A DNA stretch of 64,000 nt, taken from the NCBI GenBank assembly GCA_965237675.1, contig OZ250150.1, positions 5,312,001 to 5,376,000 on the forward strand. The letters are read 5' to 3'. How positions within the stretch are numbered: the first letter of the stretch is position 1; every line of letters begins with the position of its first letter. Positions 49,796-60,688 of this stretch are shown here, piece by piece. This stretch comes from Candidatus Latescibacterota bacterium. Its GTDB lineage: Bacteria > Latescibacterota > UBA2968 > GCA-2709665. A program made the position numbers and the translations under genes. The notes beneath the pieces are model-generated. The model did no database searches. It worked only from the letters and a program-made list of their open reading frames with translations, and was not told where the DNA came from.

Positions 49796-51893
49796 TCATT
49801 CAGCCGAGATCGACACCAGATCCTTCTCGACGTCGGGATACAACGTGTCAAGTTCCGCCTGTATTCGAATTGTGTGACCAATGGCCGTCACCATCCGGCA
49901 ATAGGTCCTGACTTCCTCGGTCTTTAGGCAGCGCTCTTTACGATCCTTCAACCACTTGTCGCAAACCTGGTAGCCGCCGATACGGTATTCGTAGACTTCG
50001 GGCGGGATAGGACTGAAATACTGCGTCTTGTTGATATACATACGATGCATGTCGGAGTCATAACGAAAACCATCTGCCTTCTTCTTTGTAACCTTCATTT
50101 CCCCTTGAACTGGAAACTGACAGGATGGCTGGTCGAGTTCACGTGACGTCAGAAGATGCAGTTCCGCCAATCGGACGCCCAGACTCGCGATCTTGACGAA
50201 CAAATCCCTTTCCACCGGGAATGGAACACGCGGGAAATCCCTACGTAGGAATTCCGCGTATTTCTCGCGGTAGGACGGTGCATGAAGAACGGCATATACA
50301 TAGTGGAAAACATCTTCGGGTGATGGCTCGTTGCGATGCGCATTCGCTAAACACTCGATCAATTCGCGGCTAATGTTGGTTCGCCGGTCTGCTGCGGTAA
50401 AATAGCGGTAAAGAGGAAAGTTGACATTCCCTCCTCGATAGAAGAGGTTGAGATCCTCTATTGTCTTTGAGCAATAGATAAGATTCCATTGACTATCACC
50501 GACAACATGGCCCTGACGACCGACACATAATGCCAGATTCTCCCCCTCCAACATATGGCGCATTACGTTAGCGCGTGGCCTGCAGATAAAGCCGCGTGAC
50601 CGGCCAGTATAGTACGTATATCAAACGGTCGGTAGAGGATGGGAACAACATTGTTGCGATTAAGCCCGGGCTCAAGCAGATCACTTTGCGCCAACGTGAC
50701 TTTCCAGTCTCCTGAATCTTTACCGAGTTCGTATGTCGTCCTGGCGAGTTCTGGTGCCATTCGAGAAAAGGCGCGGACCGTACTCCAAGCGTCCTGTTCC
50801 GACCAGTGAATTGTCAGCCTATCACGTGCGGTGAACAATCCCACAACCTTTGCTGCGAAAATATCGGGAACAGAAATACAGCGGCGATATACGGCTTCGA
50901 GCGCTTCATCGCGGGGCACAAACAGATAGTCCGGCGAATCAGGGTTTACCTCTCGCCAATTTGTGCTGTCGTGGTCGTGGGCATCCAGCCAGGCGTATTT
51001 GTGCTCACGGCTTCCGTATTCTTCGGCGTGATGAACCCGACCAGCAGGATCCTCTTTGCTACCGGTCTTGACGAAAAAGGTGATGGCCACGCCCTGCCGG
51101 ATATCGAAGACGTTTTTATCAGGGCTTCCGTTGGGGCAGGTTTCCCTCTTTAAAGCGTTTCCGTGCAGGTCGAGGATATATATGTCGTCGAAGGTGCGCA
51201 TCAGGCTACGGCGCATGCCTCGGAAGGTGGGATTATCCAGGTAACCGTGGTTGGTGATCATACCGACAACGCCGCGCCCTCCCTGTTCGATCTTCCATTG
51301 GGCAAAACGGAGGAACTTGACATAGTCATCCTGAAGCCACTTCGGATTTGCCTCACCCAGGGGTATTCCGTCGACCTTCTTGTACTCGTCGATCAACTTA
51401 CGTATCCAGTCACCCTTGTTGCTGGAATGGCCAGAATGAGCAGGATCGGCTTCTGCTTCTTAACCTCACCGGCAAGGTGTGATTCCTCGGCCAGAGCGGA
51501 GAGGCCAGGGAGACGACTCTGTTCCAGTTTCTCCCAGTCGAGGGTATTGGTAAGATAGAAACGCATGCGTTCGTCGTCGGCGAGTCGATGCCCGAGTTCT
51601 TCCAGCAGGAAACTCATCTTCAGGTGACCCACCGCATAGGGCGCCATCATTAGTTCGAAAGCATAAAAATTCTTCAAAATACGGGTCCGTATGAAGTCAT
51701 GGGATACCCCGCTGCCAAACTTTGACTCGAATTCGTAAACTGCCTCTTGAGTGGCACGCGCCACGAATGTCATGGTCCCTGCTGCAGGGTCGAGCAGGGT
51801 CACGCCCTCATCGGCCAGGCCGTCGCCCTTATTAAATTCAGTCTTTAGAATTCCGTGCAGTGATCGAACGATATACCCGACCACCGGTGCCGG
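49796..51893 (-). pseudogene. Type ISP restriction-modification enzyme (N6-MTase plus C-terminal specificity domain), truncated and frameshifted
   Basis: LLDPAAGTMTF, FELMMAPYAVGH, LQDDYVKFLR, YRPFD, REKYAEFLRRDFPRVP, YRIGGYQVCDKWLKDRK over three frames; N-terminus missing. Confidence 0.88.
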
Positions 51894-52313
51894 CGGATCA
51901 ATACCACCTTCGGAGGCTAATCCCCTAATTTGCACGCAGCACGGGCTAGAGAGAACCATCCGGAGACGTTTTCGGGGCTATAACCGTCCAACCCGGTAGT
52001 TGGTCAATTAGAGTCCCGATCTCGCGTTGAGGTTCAACAGGGAGGGCCAGCTGGAAGAAGGCAAGACGAGGTGGTGTGTGGGGATGTCAGGCGTCGCTAT
52101 CAGGGGTCGGGAGATTGCTGAAAAAGACCTGTTCGGCGCTTTACGGGACGTGGGTTCGTTTTCTTCAAGCGAGGGAAGTTGATACAAACCAAAAGGCAGC
52201 GGGATAGTTGTAGAATCACAGATCCGATAGAAACTGTCGCGACGGATCAGGGCGATCGGGCGCAAACCGGGCGTCCGCCAAATGCCCTATACTGGCATTA
52301 GACGATCTCTTTT

Positions 52314-54869
52314 CTACCCTCCGGCTGACATCCCAAAGACCGCGGCGAAGAGGATAAAATCCGCAAAGCTCACCTGATCGTCTCCGTTGAGATCCAGATT
52401 CACATCAAAATTCGGATCGCCCGGACGGGTGCCGAAACCGCGGGCAAAGAGCACGAAGTCCCCGAAACCAACGCTGCCGTCCCGGTCGAAGTCGGCGCGT
52501 CTCGGATCGGTAATCGGGGCATCCTCGTAAACCGGCTGCCCGCGCACGGCGATGCCCCGCGGTCCGTCTTCCAGCAAGATGGTTTTGCGAATGAATCCTG
52601 TCGCCGCATCGAAAAACTGCAGTTCGTTCGAATCCTGGTTGGCCGCGTAAACGGTCTTTCCATCGGCGGAGACGGCTACGTCGCGCGTTTCGCGCCCGCG
52701 CGTTGCCCACTTCAGAATAACGCGATTCAGTTCGGTATTGATAACCAGCACCTTGGCGTTGGTCCGGTCTGTCGCATACAGGCGTTTCCCGTCCGGGGAG
52801 AGGGCAAGCCGGAAGATGCTCGCGGATGGCTGGTCAATTTCGCTTACGACCTCGTATGATTCGGTATCAATGACCGAGATGCCGGCGCCGCTGCCGCTTC
52901 GTCCGAACCTGGATACGTAGAGCCGGTCTCCGGACGGGGTAAGCAGCAGGGACCGCGGTGAGACCGGCACGTCGATCCGCTGCGTCACCTGACCGGCTTC
53001 AATATCCACCACCATCACCTGATCTCCATCGATATCCGCCGCGTATAACCACTTTTCCTCGGGCCCCACGGCAATGCCGAACGGTCCCCTGGCGTCGTTC
53101 CCTTCACCGGCAATGGGCGTGGAAATGCGCCGGGCCTCACGCAGGCTGCCCACATTCACCACCGATACGGTTTGCTCAGCGGCATTGCTCACGTACACGC
53201 GTGACCCGTTCCGAGACATCGCCAGATCCAGCGGCTCCTGACCCACCCGAATGACCGAAACTTCATGCGTAGCGGTATTGATCGCCATCAGCTTGTTTTC
53301 CCCACCGTCGGCGTCGGCGCCGTTGTTGGCGACGTACAAAAATCGCTCATCCGGTGCCAATGCCACGCTCAACGGATCGCCTCCGAGCGCGATACGGGCG
53401 ACTTCACGGTCCAGACCCGTATCGAACACCACCAACTGCCGCGAACGTCGCAGTGCGACGTATAACACCGGCTCGCCGGAAAGCGCCAACACTTCGAATT
53501 GCTGTCCTGGCTGTTCCTCAGGCGGGAACACCGTTTCGTTACCCTGGCTGTCCCGCGCCCGCACCCGGTACGAAAATACGGCGCCCCGCTCACGCCCTGG
53601 AAATTCGGTCGTGTAGAACCGACCAGGGCCCGGCTGCAACATCATGGTTTGAACCGGACCGTCGTTGACGCGGTAATCCACCTCCGCGGATGCGATCGGG
53701 TCTTCGTCGGTTATTCGAACCTGCAATCCATACGGGCCGACCGGGTCCGGCGTGTTGTTCGGTAATATGGTAAATTGAATATCCGGAAAACCCGGAAGCG
53801 CCGTTCCCAGCGTGAAATCAACCCCCGCCACACTCCTGCCGGCGGCGACCCGTACCGCGTTGGCAAAGTCCCGAATCGTCCTGTTGTCGTAGTACTCCTC
53901 CGGAAAGCCGATCTCGAACCGGGTGTAAATGCCGCTGAAGTTTCGCGTCGTCACCGATCCGCCTACCGGTTCGATGCCCACGTGATATTCACCCGGAGGC
54001 AGGCCCTTGATTTCATAGGCCCCATCTCCGCCGATCCCCCGGTTTTCACCTGTCGTTCCGGACAGGACGCCAGCGGCGAATTCGCCGGTATCCGCGTGGT
54101 ATGCCACCACATGCACCCCGAATGTCCCCTCGCCGTTCCGGTGTGTCACCCGTCCCGAAATTGCGCCCGTAGATATTATCGCCTCGGTCGATGGGTAAAG
54201 CGCCGAAACCCCCGCCCGGTCGTCCGTTGTAAGGGTTCGTTCCTCGCCAAAGTAAAAGGGATACATCGACGGTCGCACGGTTCGCTCACCCGCCAGCGGG
54301 GAATGGGCGAGGCCCAGCAAGTGGCCGATCTCGTGGGTCAGTACATCCTGCATATCCACCAGACCGCCCTCCTGAGTGGGATTTCCCACCGAATAGGAAT
54401 AGTCTCGCCCGTTGAAAACAATATCCACATCGGTAATGTGTCCCTGAACGTCCCAATTCATCAGCGCAAACGCGATTACACCTCCACCGCCGCGATCGGG
54501 GAAATTCCGGCCTCCCCGGTCAAAGGTAATTACGTTCTTGCCGTCTGTCGCTGACACTTCCAGATCGGCGACGCCTCGGCTCCTGAACGCCGCGAATGAA
54601 ATCGGCACGTCCTCCCATGCGACGAAACTGTCGCGTACCAGGCGTTTCACATGGTCAGCGAAAAAAGGAAACTGGTCGATTTCGAGCCAGAATTCGATCG
54701 CGCGGGCTTTTCCGGCAGGCCAGCGCACCGTGACAATCTGGCCCTGGTTGTTCCGGTGCATCTGGAGTACATAGGAAAACACGGGAGCCGCCAACAAGCA
54801 GCCTGCAAGGGCGGGCACGACAAGCCACGCACACAACCGACGCGTCCTGATTACGGTATTGTGTCTCAC
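52314..54869 (-). CDS. Exported matrixin-family (M10-like) metalloprotease with Ig-like, YVTN-type beta-propeller and dockerin-like domains
   Basis: HEIGHLLGLAH zinc motif, SMYP Met-turn, LYVAN/VYVSN repeats, DFDRDGSVGFGDF / DLNGDDQVSFADF. Confidence 0.88.
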   Translation of the reverse strand: MRHNTVIRTRRLCAWLVVPALAGCLLAAPVFSYVLQMHRNNQGQIVTVRWPAGKARAIEFWLEIDQFPFFADHVKRLVRDSFVAWEDVPISFAAFRSRGVADLEVSATDGKNVITFDRGGRNFPDRGGGGVIAFALMNWDVQGHITDVDIVFNGRDYSYSVGNPTQEGGLVDMQDVLTHEIGHLLGLAHSPLAGERTVRPSMYPFYFGEERTLTTDDRAGVSALYPSTEAIISTGAISGRVTHRNGEGTFGVHVVAYHADTGEFAAGVLSGTTGENRGIGGDGAYEIKGLPPGEYHVGIEPVGGSVTTRNFSGIYTRFEIGFPEEYYDNRTIRDFANAVRVAAGRSVAGVDFTLGTALPGFPDIQFTILPNNTPDPVGPYGLQVRITDEDPIASAEVDYRVNDGPVQTMMLQPGPGRFYTTEFPGRERGAVFSYRVRARDSQGNETVFPPEEQPGQQFEVLALSGEPVLYVALRRSRQLVVFDTGLDREVARIALGGDPLSVALAPDERFLYVANNGADADGGENKLMAINTATHEVSVIRVGQEPLDLAMSRNGSRVYVSNAAEQTVSVVNVGSLREARRISTPIAGEGNDARGPFGIAVGPEEKWLYAADIDGDQVMVVDIEAGQVTQRIDVPVSPRSLLLTPSGDRLYVSRFGRSGSGAGISVIDTESYEVVSEIDQPSASIFRLALSPDGKRLYATDRTNAKVLVINTELNRVILKWATRGRETRDVAVSADGKTVYAANQDSNELQFFDAATGFIRKTILLEDGPRGIAVRGQPVYEDAPITDPRRADFDRDGSVGFGDFVLFARGFGTRPGDPNFDVNLDLNGDDQVSFADFILFAAVFGMSAGG

Positions 54870-54872
54870 GAC

Positions 54873-55265
54873 TCAGTCCTGTTGTATTAACACGGGCTCG
54901 GGCGACTCCTGATCGACGTACCACACTTCCTGCCGGCCGTCTCCGTCCAGATCCGCCCTCGCTTCAGCGACGAATGTCGACCCTTCCACCGTGACCCGGT
55001 ACCGGAACCTGCCCGGCACCACGTCCAGTTTGAGGATTTCGCCGTTTTTTTCACGGTCTATGGGCAGATAAGTTCCAAATTCCTCCAAGTGTGCACGCTC
55101 CAAGCCGTAGATCAACTCCAGGTGCATCCGGGCGCGCATGCGTTCCTTGTCCTCGGGAGTCTGCGCAGTAAGCCGGTAGATCATCAGCGCGCAGAATAGG
55201 ACCAGCAGCATGGCCGGCACGAGATGCTTTCTGACGGAAGGACCGCGTTCCAATTCCGCCGCCAC
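54873..55265 (-). CDS. Membrane-anchored hypothetical protein, pilin-like C-terminal region
   Basis: One N-terminal TM segment; FVAEARADLDGDG..EVWYVD resembles type IV pilin C-termini; no prepilin cleavage motif. Confidence 0.5.
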   Translation of the reverse strand: MAAELERGPSVRKHLVPAMLLVLFCALMIYRLTAQTPEDKERMRARMHLELIYGLERAHLEEFGTYLPIDREKNGEILKLDVVPGRFRYRVTVEGSTFVAEARADLDGDGRQEVWYVDQESPEPVLIQQD

Positions 55266-55267
55266 GG

Positions 55268-57010
55268 CTAATTCTCCTTGGTGAGCCCTGACTCCGCCCA
55301 GGCCTGAATGTGTATGCGCTCCTCAGAGGCCGTCTCCCATCGTGGCACGACCTCCAACGTATCCTGAAGTACGGACATGGGTTCGGCCGGGACGAAAGGT
55401 CTGGCCACCCCCCACGTCCACGCACCGTTTCCGTCCGCGTCTTCGAAGGCCAGCACCCGGTATCGCCCGGGAGGCATCGCCTCCAGAAAGTAAGTAGAAT
55501 CACCAGGCGCAACGGTGACTGCGCGCGGCGGTTGAGACCCTGAGAGTGATTGCGCCTGCACCACAATCGGCATTTGCGAGGCGACAACCGTACCGCTCAC
55601 TGAACCCTGATCGTCAGGCAATGCAACCGTAAACCGGAACACAATCTGTCCTTCGGCAGGGTTTCCGGAAGCATCGGAAAGCTTGTTGGCCTGTCCCTTC
55701 AGAACGTAATTCTCACCGGCGACCCATGCCTCGTCGGGCCGGAACGCCAGCCGGTTGGGCCGCGGCCACGAAAATCGTCCCGCCGGGGCGGCCGTACTGT
55801 CCGAAACGACCCAGAACTCAGGATTCGCAGCGGGAGACATAGCTTCGCTGAAATCGATCCGCAACGCCGTATTCTGCGAAACATGCCGTGCTCCCAGGTC
55901 GGGATCAACACGAACCGGAACCGGCGCGCGTCGGTCGAGCTTTTCTTCGCCACGCACAGTCGCCACTTCGCCCGGAGCAATTGCATTGCCGAACCGGTCG
56001 GCAATCCCAGCCAATTCCACACGGTATTCCGTTCCGGGTGCCTGCGGGCCGGTCACCAGCCACACCCGGCTGGAATCCCTCGCGTCCGGGTAGATCGACT
56101 TTACCTCGAGGAACCCATCCCCTCCGGAAATCACCGGCGGCGATGGCACATCCACGGGTTCGTCAAAGCGCAGTGAAAGCCGTCGCCGATCGGGTGTCCG
56201 CGCCGAAACGAAACGCGGCGGCACGCTGTCACGCACCGCCATCCTCAGCAGGCCCAATCCCATCCTGCCTTCGCCCGAACGGAGGGGGATATCGCCCGGC
56301 GGCACCGCAAGCGGTTCGACGCCGGGTGTATAAGCCTGGTCGCGGTCCACGTCGTGGAACGCGAATACCCGGTACCGCCCGACCCCCAATCGCACAAACT
56401 GGAACGTTCCATCGGTGCCGGGCTGCGTCACGTAAGCAGGCGGCGCGGCCGCTGGATCGGGGTCGCCGATACCCGTCAGGTCGAACGCCCAGACGTAGAC
56501 CTGCCCGTGCTTCGCGGCACCCATGAGGATGCGGCCGTGGATTTCACCGCGACTCAGCCTGTGGCCCGTGGAGAACGCGAAACTGTAGGACGCCTCCATG
56601 CGATTGAACGACACGTCGGAACTCGCGGCGCCCACGGCCACCACGTAGGTCCGGTCTTCGCGCAGGCCTTCACGTGGCCGGATCTCGAGTTCCCGCCCGC
56701 GCCATCTGAAATCCGGATCCGTGGAGAAACGGGGCGAAACGAAAATCGCCCGCGTCACCGAACGGCGGTCCATGGTTTCGCTGAACCGGATGCGGATGCG
56801 CGTCCGGGTTCCCACACCCACGGAATCGGCCGCCGGCATCGTGTGGACCACCCGTGGCGGAATCACATCCGGCGGTCCGCCGGGCGGCGGCATGGGGTTG
56901 GCGCAGGTTCCCGCGAGAAGCGGCAGGAGGCCCAACAGAACCCATCGTGCCTTTTTCAGCAGGGATAAGGGCGGGTTTGGCCATCGGCCAACTGCCGTGT
57001 CCGTTCTCAC
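55268..57010 (-). CDS. Lipoprotein with bacterial Ig-like (Big_5) domains
   Basis: LAGTCA lipobox-like sequence; PPPGGPPDVIPP; IRFSETMD; YRVFAFHDVDRD. Confidence 0.8.
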   Translation of the reverse strand: MRTDTAVGRWPNPPLSLLKKARWVLLGLLPLLAGTCANPMPPPGGPPDVIPPRVVHTMPAADSVGVGTRTRIRIRFSETMDRRSVTRAIFVSPRFSTDPDFRWRGRELEIRPREGLREDRTYVVAVGAASSDVSFNRMEASYSFAFSTGHRLSRGEIHGRILMGAAKHGQVYVWAFDLTGIGDPDPAAAPPAYVTQPGTDGTFQFVRLGVGRYRVFAFHDVDRDQAYTPGVEPLAVPPGDIPLRSGEGRMGLGLLRMAVRDSVPPRFVSARTPDRRRLSLRFDEPVDVPSPPVISGGDGFLEVKSIYPDARDSSRVWLVTGPQAPGTEYRVELAGIADRFGNAIAPGEVATVRGEEKLDRRAPVPVRVDPDLGARHVSQNTALRIDFSEAMSPAANPEFWVVSDSTAAPAGRFSWPRPNRLAFRPDEAWVAGENYVLKGQANKLSDASGNPAEGQIVFRFTVALPDDQGSVSGTVVASQMPIVVQAQSLSGSQPPRAVTVAPGDSTYFLEAMPPGRYRVLAFEDADGNGAWTWGVARPFVPAEPMSVLQDTLEVVPRWETASEERIHIQAWAESGLTKEN

Positions 57011-57014
57011 GTCA

Positions 57015-57920
57015 CTACGCTCTCGGATGCGCCTGCCGATAGGCCTTCTTTAGTCGCTCAACGCTCACGTGTGTATAAATCTGCGTTGTGGACAGGCTTG
57101 CATGCCCCAGCATCTCCTTGACCGCATTCAGATCGGCTCCGGCGTCCAACAGATGGGTGGCGAAGGTATGCCGCAAGGTATGGGGGCCCAGCCTGCCCCT
57201 ACCCGTCGCCTGTTGGAGATGCCCCACGACCCGGTCCTGAACCCCGCTGGCGCTCAACGCCTGGCCGGAACGGCTGAGAAAAAAATGTTTCTGGACAACC
57301 TCGGGCGCATCGGCCGGCAACAGTTCGGATCGGCGAGTCAAATACCGGCGCAGGGCTTCCCGAGCCGGCTTCCCGACAGGCACGAGACGCTCCTTTCCAC
57401 CCTTCCCTGTCACGCGGACGGTTCCGCTGTCCAGGTCCAGGCTATCCATACCGATTCCCGCCAGTTCCCGTAACCGGATGCCGGAACTGTAAAACAGTTC
57501 CAGCATCGCCCGGTCTCGCAAACCCAATGCCGTATCCGGTGACGGATTCTCCAGCACCCGCCGCACCTCCTCGAGGTCCAGGTGTATCGGCAGGGTCTTC
57601 TCCTGCCTGGGCGGACGTACCTGCAGCGCCGGATTCTTCTCCAGGCGGCCCATCCGGCAAAGATAGGCAAAGAACGTGCGCAACGAAGCCAGCTTCCGCG
57701 CGATTGAACGCCTGCCGAATCCTGCGCCGTTCAGGTGCCCCAGGAACGCCCGCACCTCCTCCCTGGCGACCCCGCTCACATCCGGATTTTCAGCGCCCCA
57801 TCGGACCTGCAGGAAACACAGGAACCGGTCCAGATCCGTCCGGTAGGCCCGGCACGTATGCGGCGACAATCGCCGCTCGTTGGCGAGGTGGCGTATGAAT
57901 TCGGCGATCAGTGCCTGCAT
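57015..57920 (-). CDS. xerC: Tyrosine recombinase XerC
   Basis: RDRAMLELFYSSGIRLREL, GKGGKERLVP, PHTLRHTFATHLLDAGADL, LGHASLSTTQIYTH; follows topA. Confidence 0.9.
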   Translation of the reverse strand: MQALIAEFIRHLANERRLSPHTCRAYRTDLDRFLCFLQVRWGAENPDVSGVAREEVRAFLGHLNGAGFGRRSIARKLASLRTFFAYLCRMGRLEKNPALQVRPPRQEKTLPIHLDLEEVRRVLENPSPDTALGLRDRAMLELFYSSGIRLRELAGIGMDSLDLDSGTVRVTGKGGKERLVPVGKPAREALRRYLTRRSELLPADAPEVVQKHFFLSRSGQALSASGVQDRVVGHLQQATGRGRLGPHTLRHTFATHLLDAGADLNAVKEMLGHASLSTTQIYTHVSVERLKKAYRQAHPRA

Positions 57921-58042
57921 TTAGGACACCTCCCGTCGGAATTTCGTGATTGCAATGAAACAGCCGGGCGCAAGCGTGCGGGCATGGAGTTCTTCGATGA
58001 TAGCCATTGCCCGCGGCCATCCGCGACACCGCGGCGTACCGT

Positions 58043-60298
58043 TTACGCCTTTTCCTCTTCCCGAGCGGCTGTCGTATGCCTGCATCTCAGACACCGGAGC
58101 GACGTCCCACCGTTTCGACCGGTATGCTCGGCCAGAAACGGCCCGTCGCACATTGGGCATGCCCGGTTCAACGGCCGGTCCCAACTCGCGTACGTGCACT
58201 CCGGGAAGTTGCCGCAACTGAAAAACGTCCTGCCACGCCGACTGCTCCGTTCCTTGAGCTGACCGTCGCAATCTTTCTGCGGGCAGGGTACTCCCGTCGA
58301 AATCGAACGCGCATTTTTGCACTTCGGGTACCCCGAGCAGGCCAGAAAACGTCCATTGCGACCGGTACGGATCGCCATTTCCGAGCCGCATTTCTCGCAC
58401 ACCTCGCCCGATGGTTCCGTCTCGGACGCCTCGAGTGGTTGGGTATTGCGACACTCCGGAAATCCGGAACAGGCCAGGAAACGCCCATTGCGACCCCACT
58501 TGATTACGAAGACCTTGCCGCACTTCTCGCAGATTTTGTCCGTCTCCTCCTGAAGCGACGCCTTCAGCTGTCTTCGTTGTCCTTCCGCCCGGTCCAGATC
58601 CTTGGCAAACGGTCCATAGAAGTCTTCCACGACCTTCACCCAACCCACTTCGCCGTTCTCGACCTGGTCGAGTTCATCCTCCATACGGGCCGTGAAGTCC
58701 ACGTTGAAGACGTCGGGAAACGCCTGAGCCAGAATGCCGTTGACCGTACGACCCAGTTCGGTGGGCGCGAACCGGCCGCCGGTCTTCCCCGCATAGTCTC
58801 TTTCCTGAAGCGTGCTGATGATCTGCGCGTAGGTGCTGGGCCTGCCAATCTCCAGAGACTCCAACTCCTTGACCAGGGTTGCCTCGGAAAACCGCGGCGG
58901 AGGCTTTGTGAAATGCTGCTCCGGCAACAGCGCCATCATCGCCAGGGTGTCGCCCTTCCTCAACCCCTCTGGAAGGCGCGTCTGGTTCTCCTCCTTCTCA
59001 TCGTCCCTACCTTCGGTATAGAGTGCCGTAAAACCGGCAAATTTAAGCTCTGATCCGGTTGCCCGCAATTCATAGTCGCCCGCGCGGATATCTACCGTCG
59101 TACGATTGTATACGGCCGGCGCCATCTGGCACGCGATAAACCGATCCCAGATCAGTTGGTACAGTTTCGCCTGATCGGCAGTCAGGTGTGCCTGGACGAC
59201 CTCCGGGGGGCGTTCCACATCGGTGGGACGTATCGCCTCGTGCGCATCCTGTGCCCCCTTTCCCTTTCGGTACGTCCTGGCCCGGACCGGCAGATACGCC
59301 TCTCCGAACCGCCGCCGTATATAGTCTCTCGCCGAAGATACCGCCTCGTTCGCGATCCGGGTGGAGTCGGTTCGCATATAAGTGATCAAACCGGTCGTTT
59401 CGGGCACATTGGTCGTACCACCCAGGACCTCAACGCCTTCGTAGAGCTGTTGGGCCACCTGCATGGTCTTGCGAGCCGTAAACCGCAACCTGCGAGATGC
59501 CTCCTGCTGTAGCGTGCTCGTTATGAAGGGCGGGGCTGGATTGCGCCGCTGCTCTCGTCGTTTCACGTCGGCGATCCGGTACTCGGGATCCGAGGCCGCC
59601 GCGCGCAGGTCCAACAATATAGGGTCCACTTCCTCCCGAGTCTTCAACGCCAGCTTTTCACCTCTGAACCGGAACAACCGTGCCGTGAACGGCACGGTAT
59701 CCTCCCGTTTCACCTTCACGTCAACGGTCCAGTATTCTTCCGGAACGAACGCGTCGATCGCCGCCTCCCGCTCGCAGATCAGACGAAGCGCCACCGATTG
59801 AACCCGCCCGGCGCTCAGACCGCCGTGAACCGTTTTCCATAACAACGGGCTGACCTTGTACCCCACCAGGCGGTCCAGTACCCTGCGGGCCTGCTGAGCG
59901 TCCACCTTCCTCGAGTCGATCCTGGAGGGTTTGGCCACCGCCTCCCTCACCGCCCGCTCGGTAATCTCGTTGAACGTCACCCGCTGGGCATCGCCTCCCC
60001 GCTTCAGCGCCTCCGCAACGTGCCAGGCAATGGCTTCCCCCTCGCGGTCCGGGTCCGTCGCCAGTATCAGCCGGTCGGCTGACCGGGCGGCCGCGCGAAG
60101 CTCCTTGACGTATTTACCGCGATCGCGAATGGTCCGATAGGTGGGCTTGAACCCATTGGCGACATCGATGCCCAGTTCTTTCTGCGGCAGGTCCCTTACG
60201 TGACCCATACTGGCCATGACCTTGAAGTCCTTACCGAGGAATTTATTGATCGTTTTCGCCTTGGCGGGCGACTCCACAACCACCAGCGTTCGGGGCAT
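58043..60298 (-). CDS. topA: DNA topoisomerase I
   Basis: VESPAKAKTI, ATDPDREGEAI, SAGRVQS, ITYMRTDS, C-terminal zinc ribbons. Confidence 0.97.
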   Translation of the reverse strand: MPRTLVVVESPAKAKTINKFLGKDFKVMASMGHVRDLPQKELGIDVANGFKPTYRTIRDRGKYVKELRAAARSADRLILATDPDREGEAIAWHVAEALKRGGDAQRVTFNEITERAVREAVAKPSRIDSRKVDAQQARRVLDRLVGYKVSPLLWKTVHGGLSAGRVQSVALRLICEREAAIDAFVPEEYWTVDVKVKREDTVPFTARLFRFRGEKLALKTREEVDPILLDLRAAASDPEYRIADVKRREQRRNPAPPFITSTLQQEASRRLRFTARKTMQVAQQLYEGVEVLGGTTNVPETTGLITYMRTDSTRIANEAVSSARDYIRRRFGEAYLPVRARTYRKGKGAQDAHEAIRPTDVERPPEVVQAHLTADQAKLYQLIWDRFIACQMAPAVYNRTTVDIRAGDYELRATGSELKFAGFTALYTEGRDDEKEENQTRLPEGLRKGDTLAMMALLPEQHFTKPPPRFSEATLVKELESLEIGRPSTYAQIISTLQERDYAGKTGGRFAPTELGRTVNGILAQAFPDVFNVDFTARMEDELDQVENGEVGWVKVVEDFYGPFAKDLDRAEGQRRQLKASLQEETDKICEKCGKVFVIKWGRNGRFLACSGFPECRNTQPLEASETEPSGEVCEKCGSEMAIRTGRNGRFLACSGYPKCKNARSISTGVPCPQKDCDGQLKERSSRRGRTFFSCGNFPECTYASWDRPLNRACPMCDGPFLAEHTGRNGGTSLRCLRCRHTTAAREEEKA

Positions 60299-60688
60299 AT
60301 TTCCTCCCAAAAGAACGAGCCACATCGAAAGATATCATCGAGTGACTCACCGCGGTTCCGGCAGGTTGCTAAACACCCATGGATGGGTTCACATCGTTCT
60401 CGAAGCGTTGCCTGACAATCTCTCCGGATTTCTCGTGTGACGCACGCAACACGTCCGATTCAAAAATACGAGCGCGCCTTTCAAAAGTCAAGTTTAAACT
60501 GATAAATTGCCGTAAAAACATTTATTTATAAACATTATTCCGTGTCAGATACCAACTCGCGATGTGCAATCGAAGCGTGCGCCCCGGGAGCGATCGTACG
60601 GCTGAACGCGGGTCGCGGACGAATCGTCGCAACACGCCCCGGAGGGCGGTTCCGAGGCGTCGCTCAGGTTGGTGGTCGAGCCCCCGTT

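Noticed and set aside
57015-57920. Tyrosine recombinase as the integrase of the islands
   Set aside because: Length, motifs and topA context indicate housekeeping XerC.
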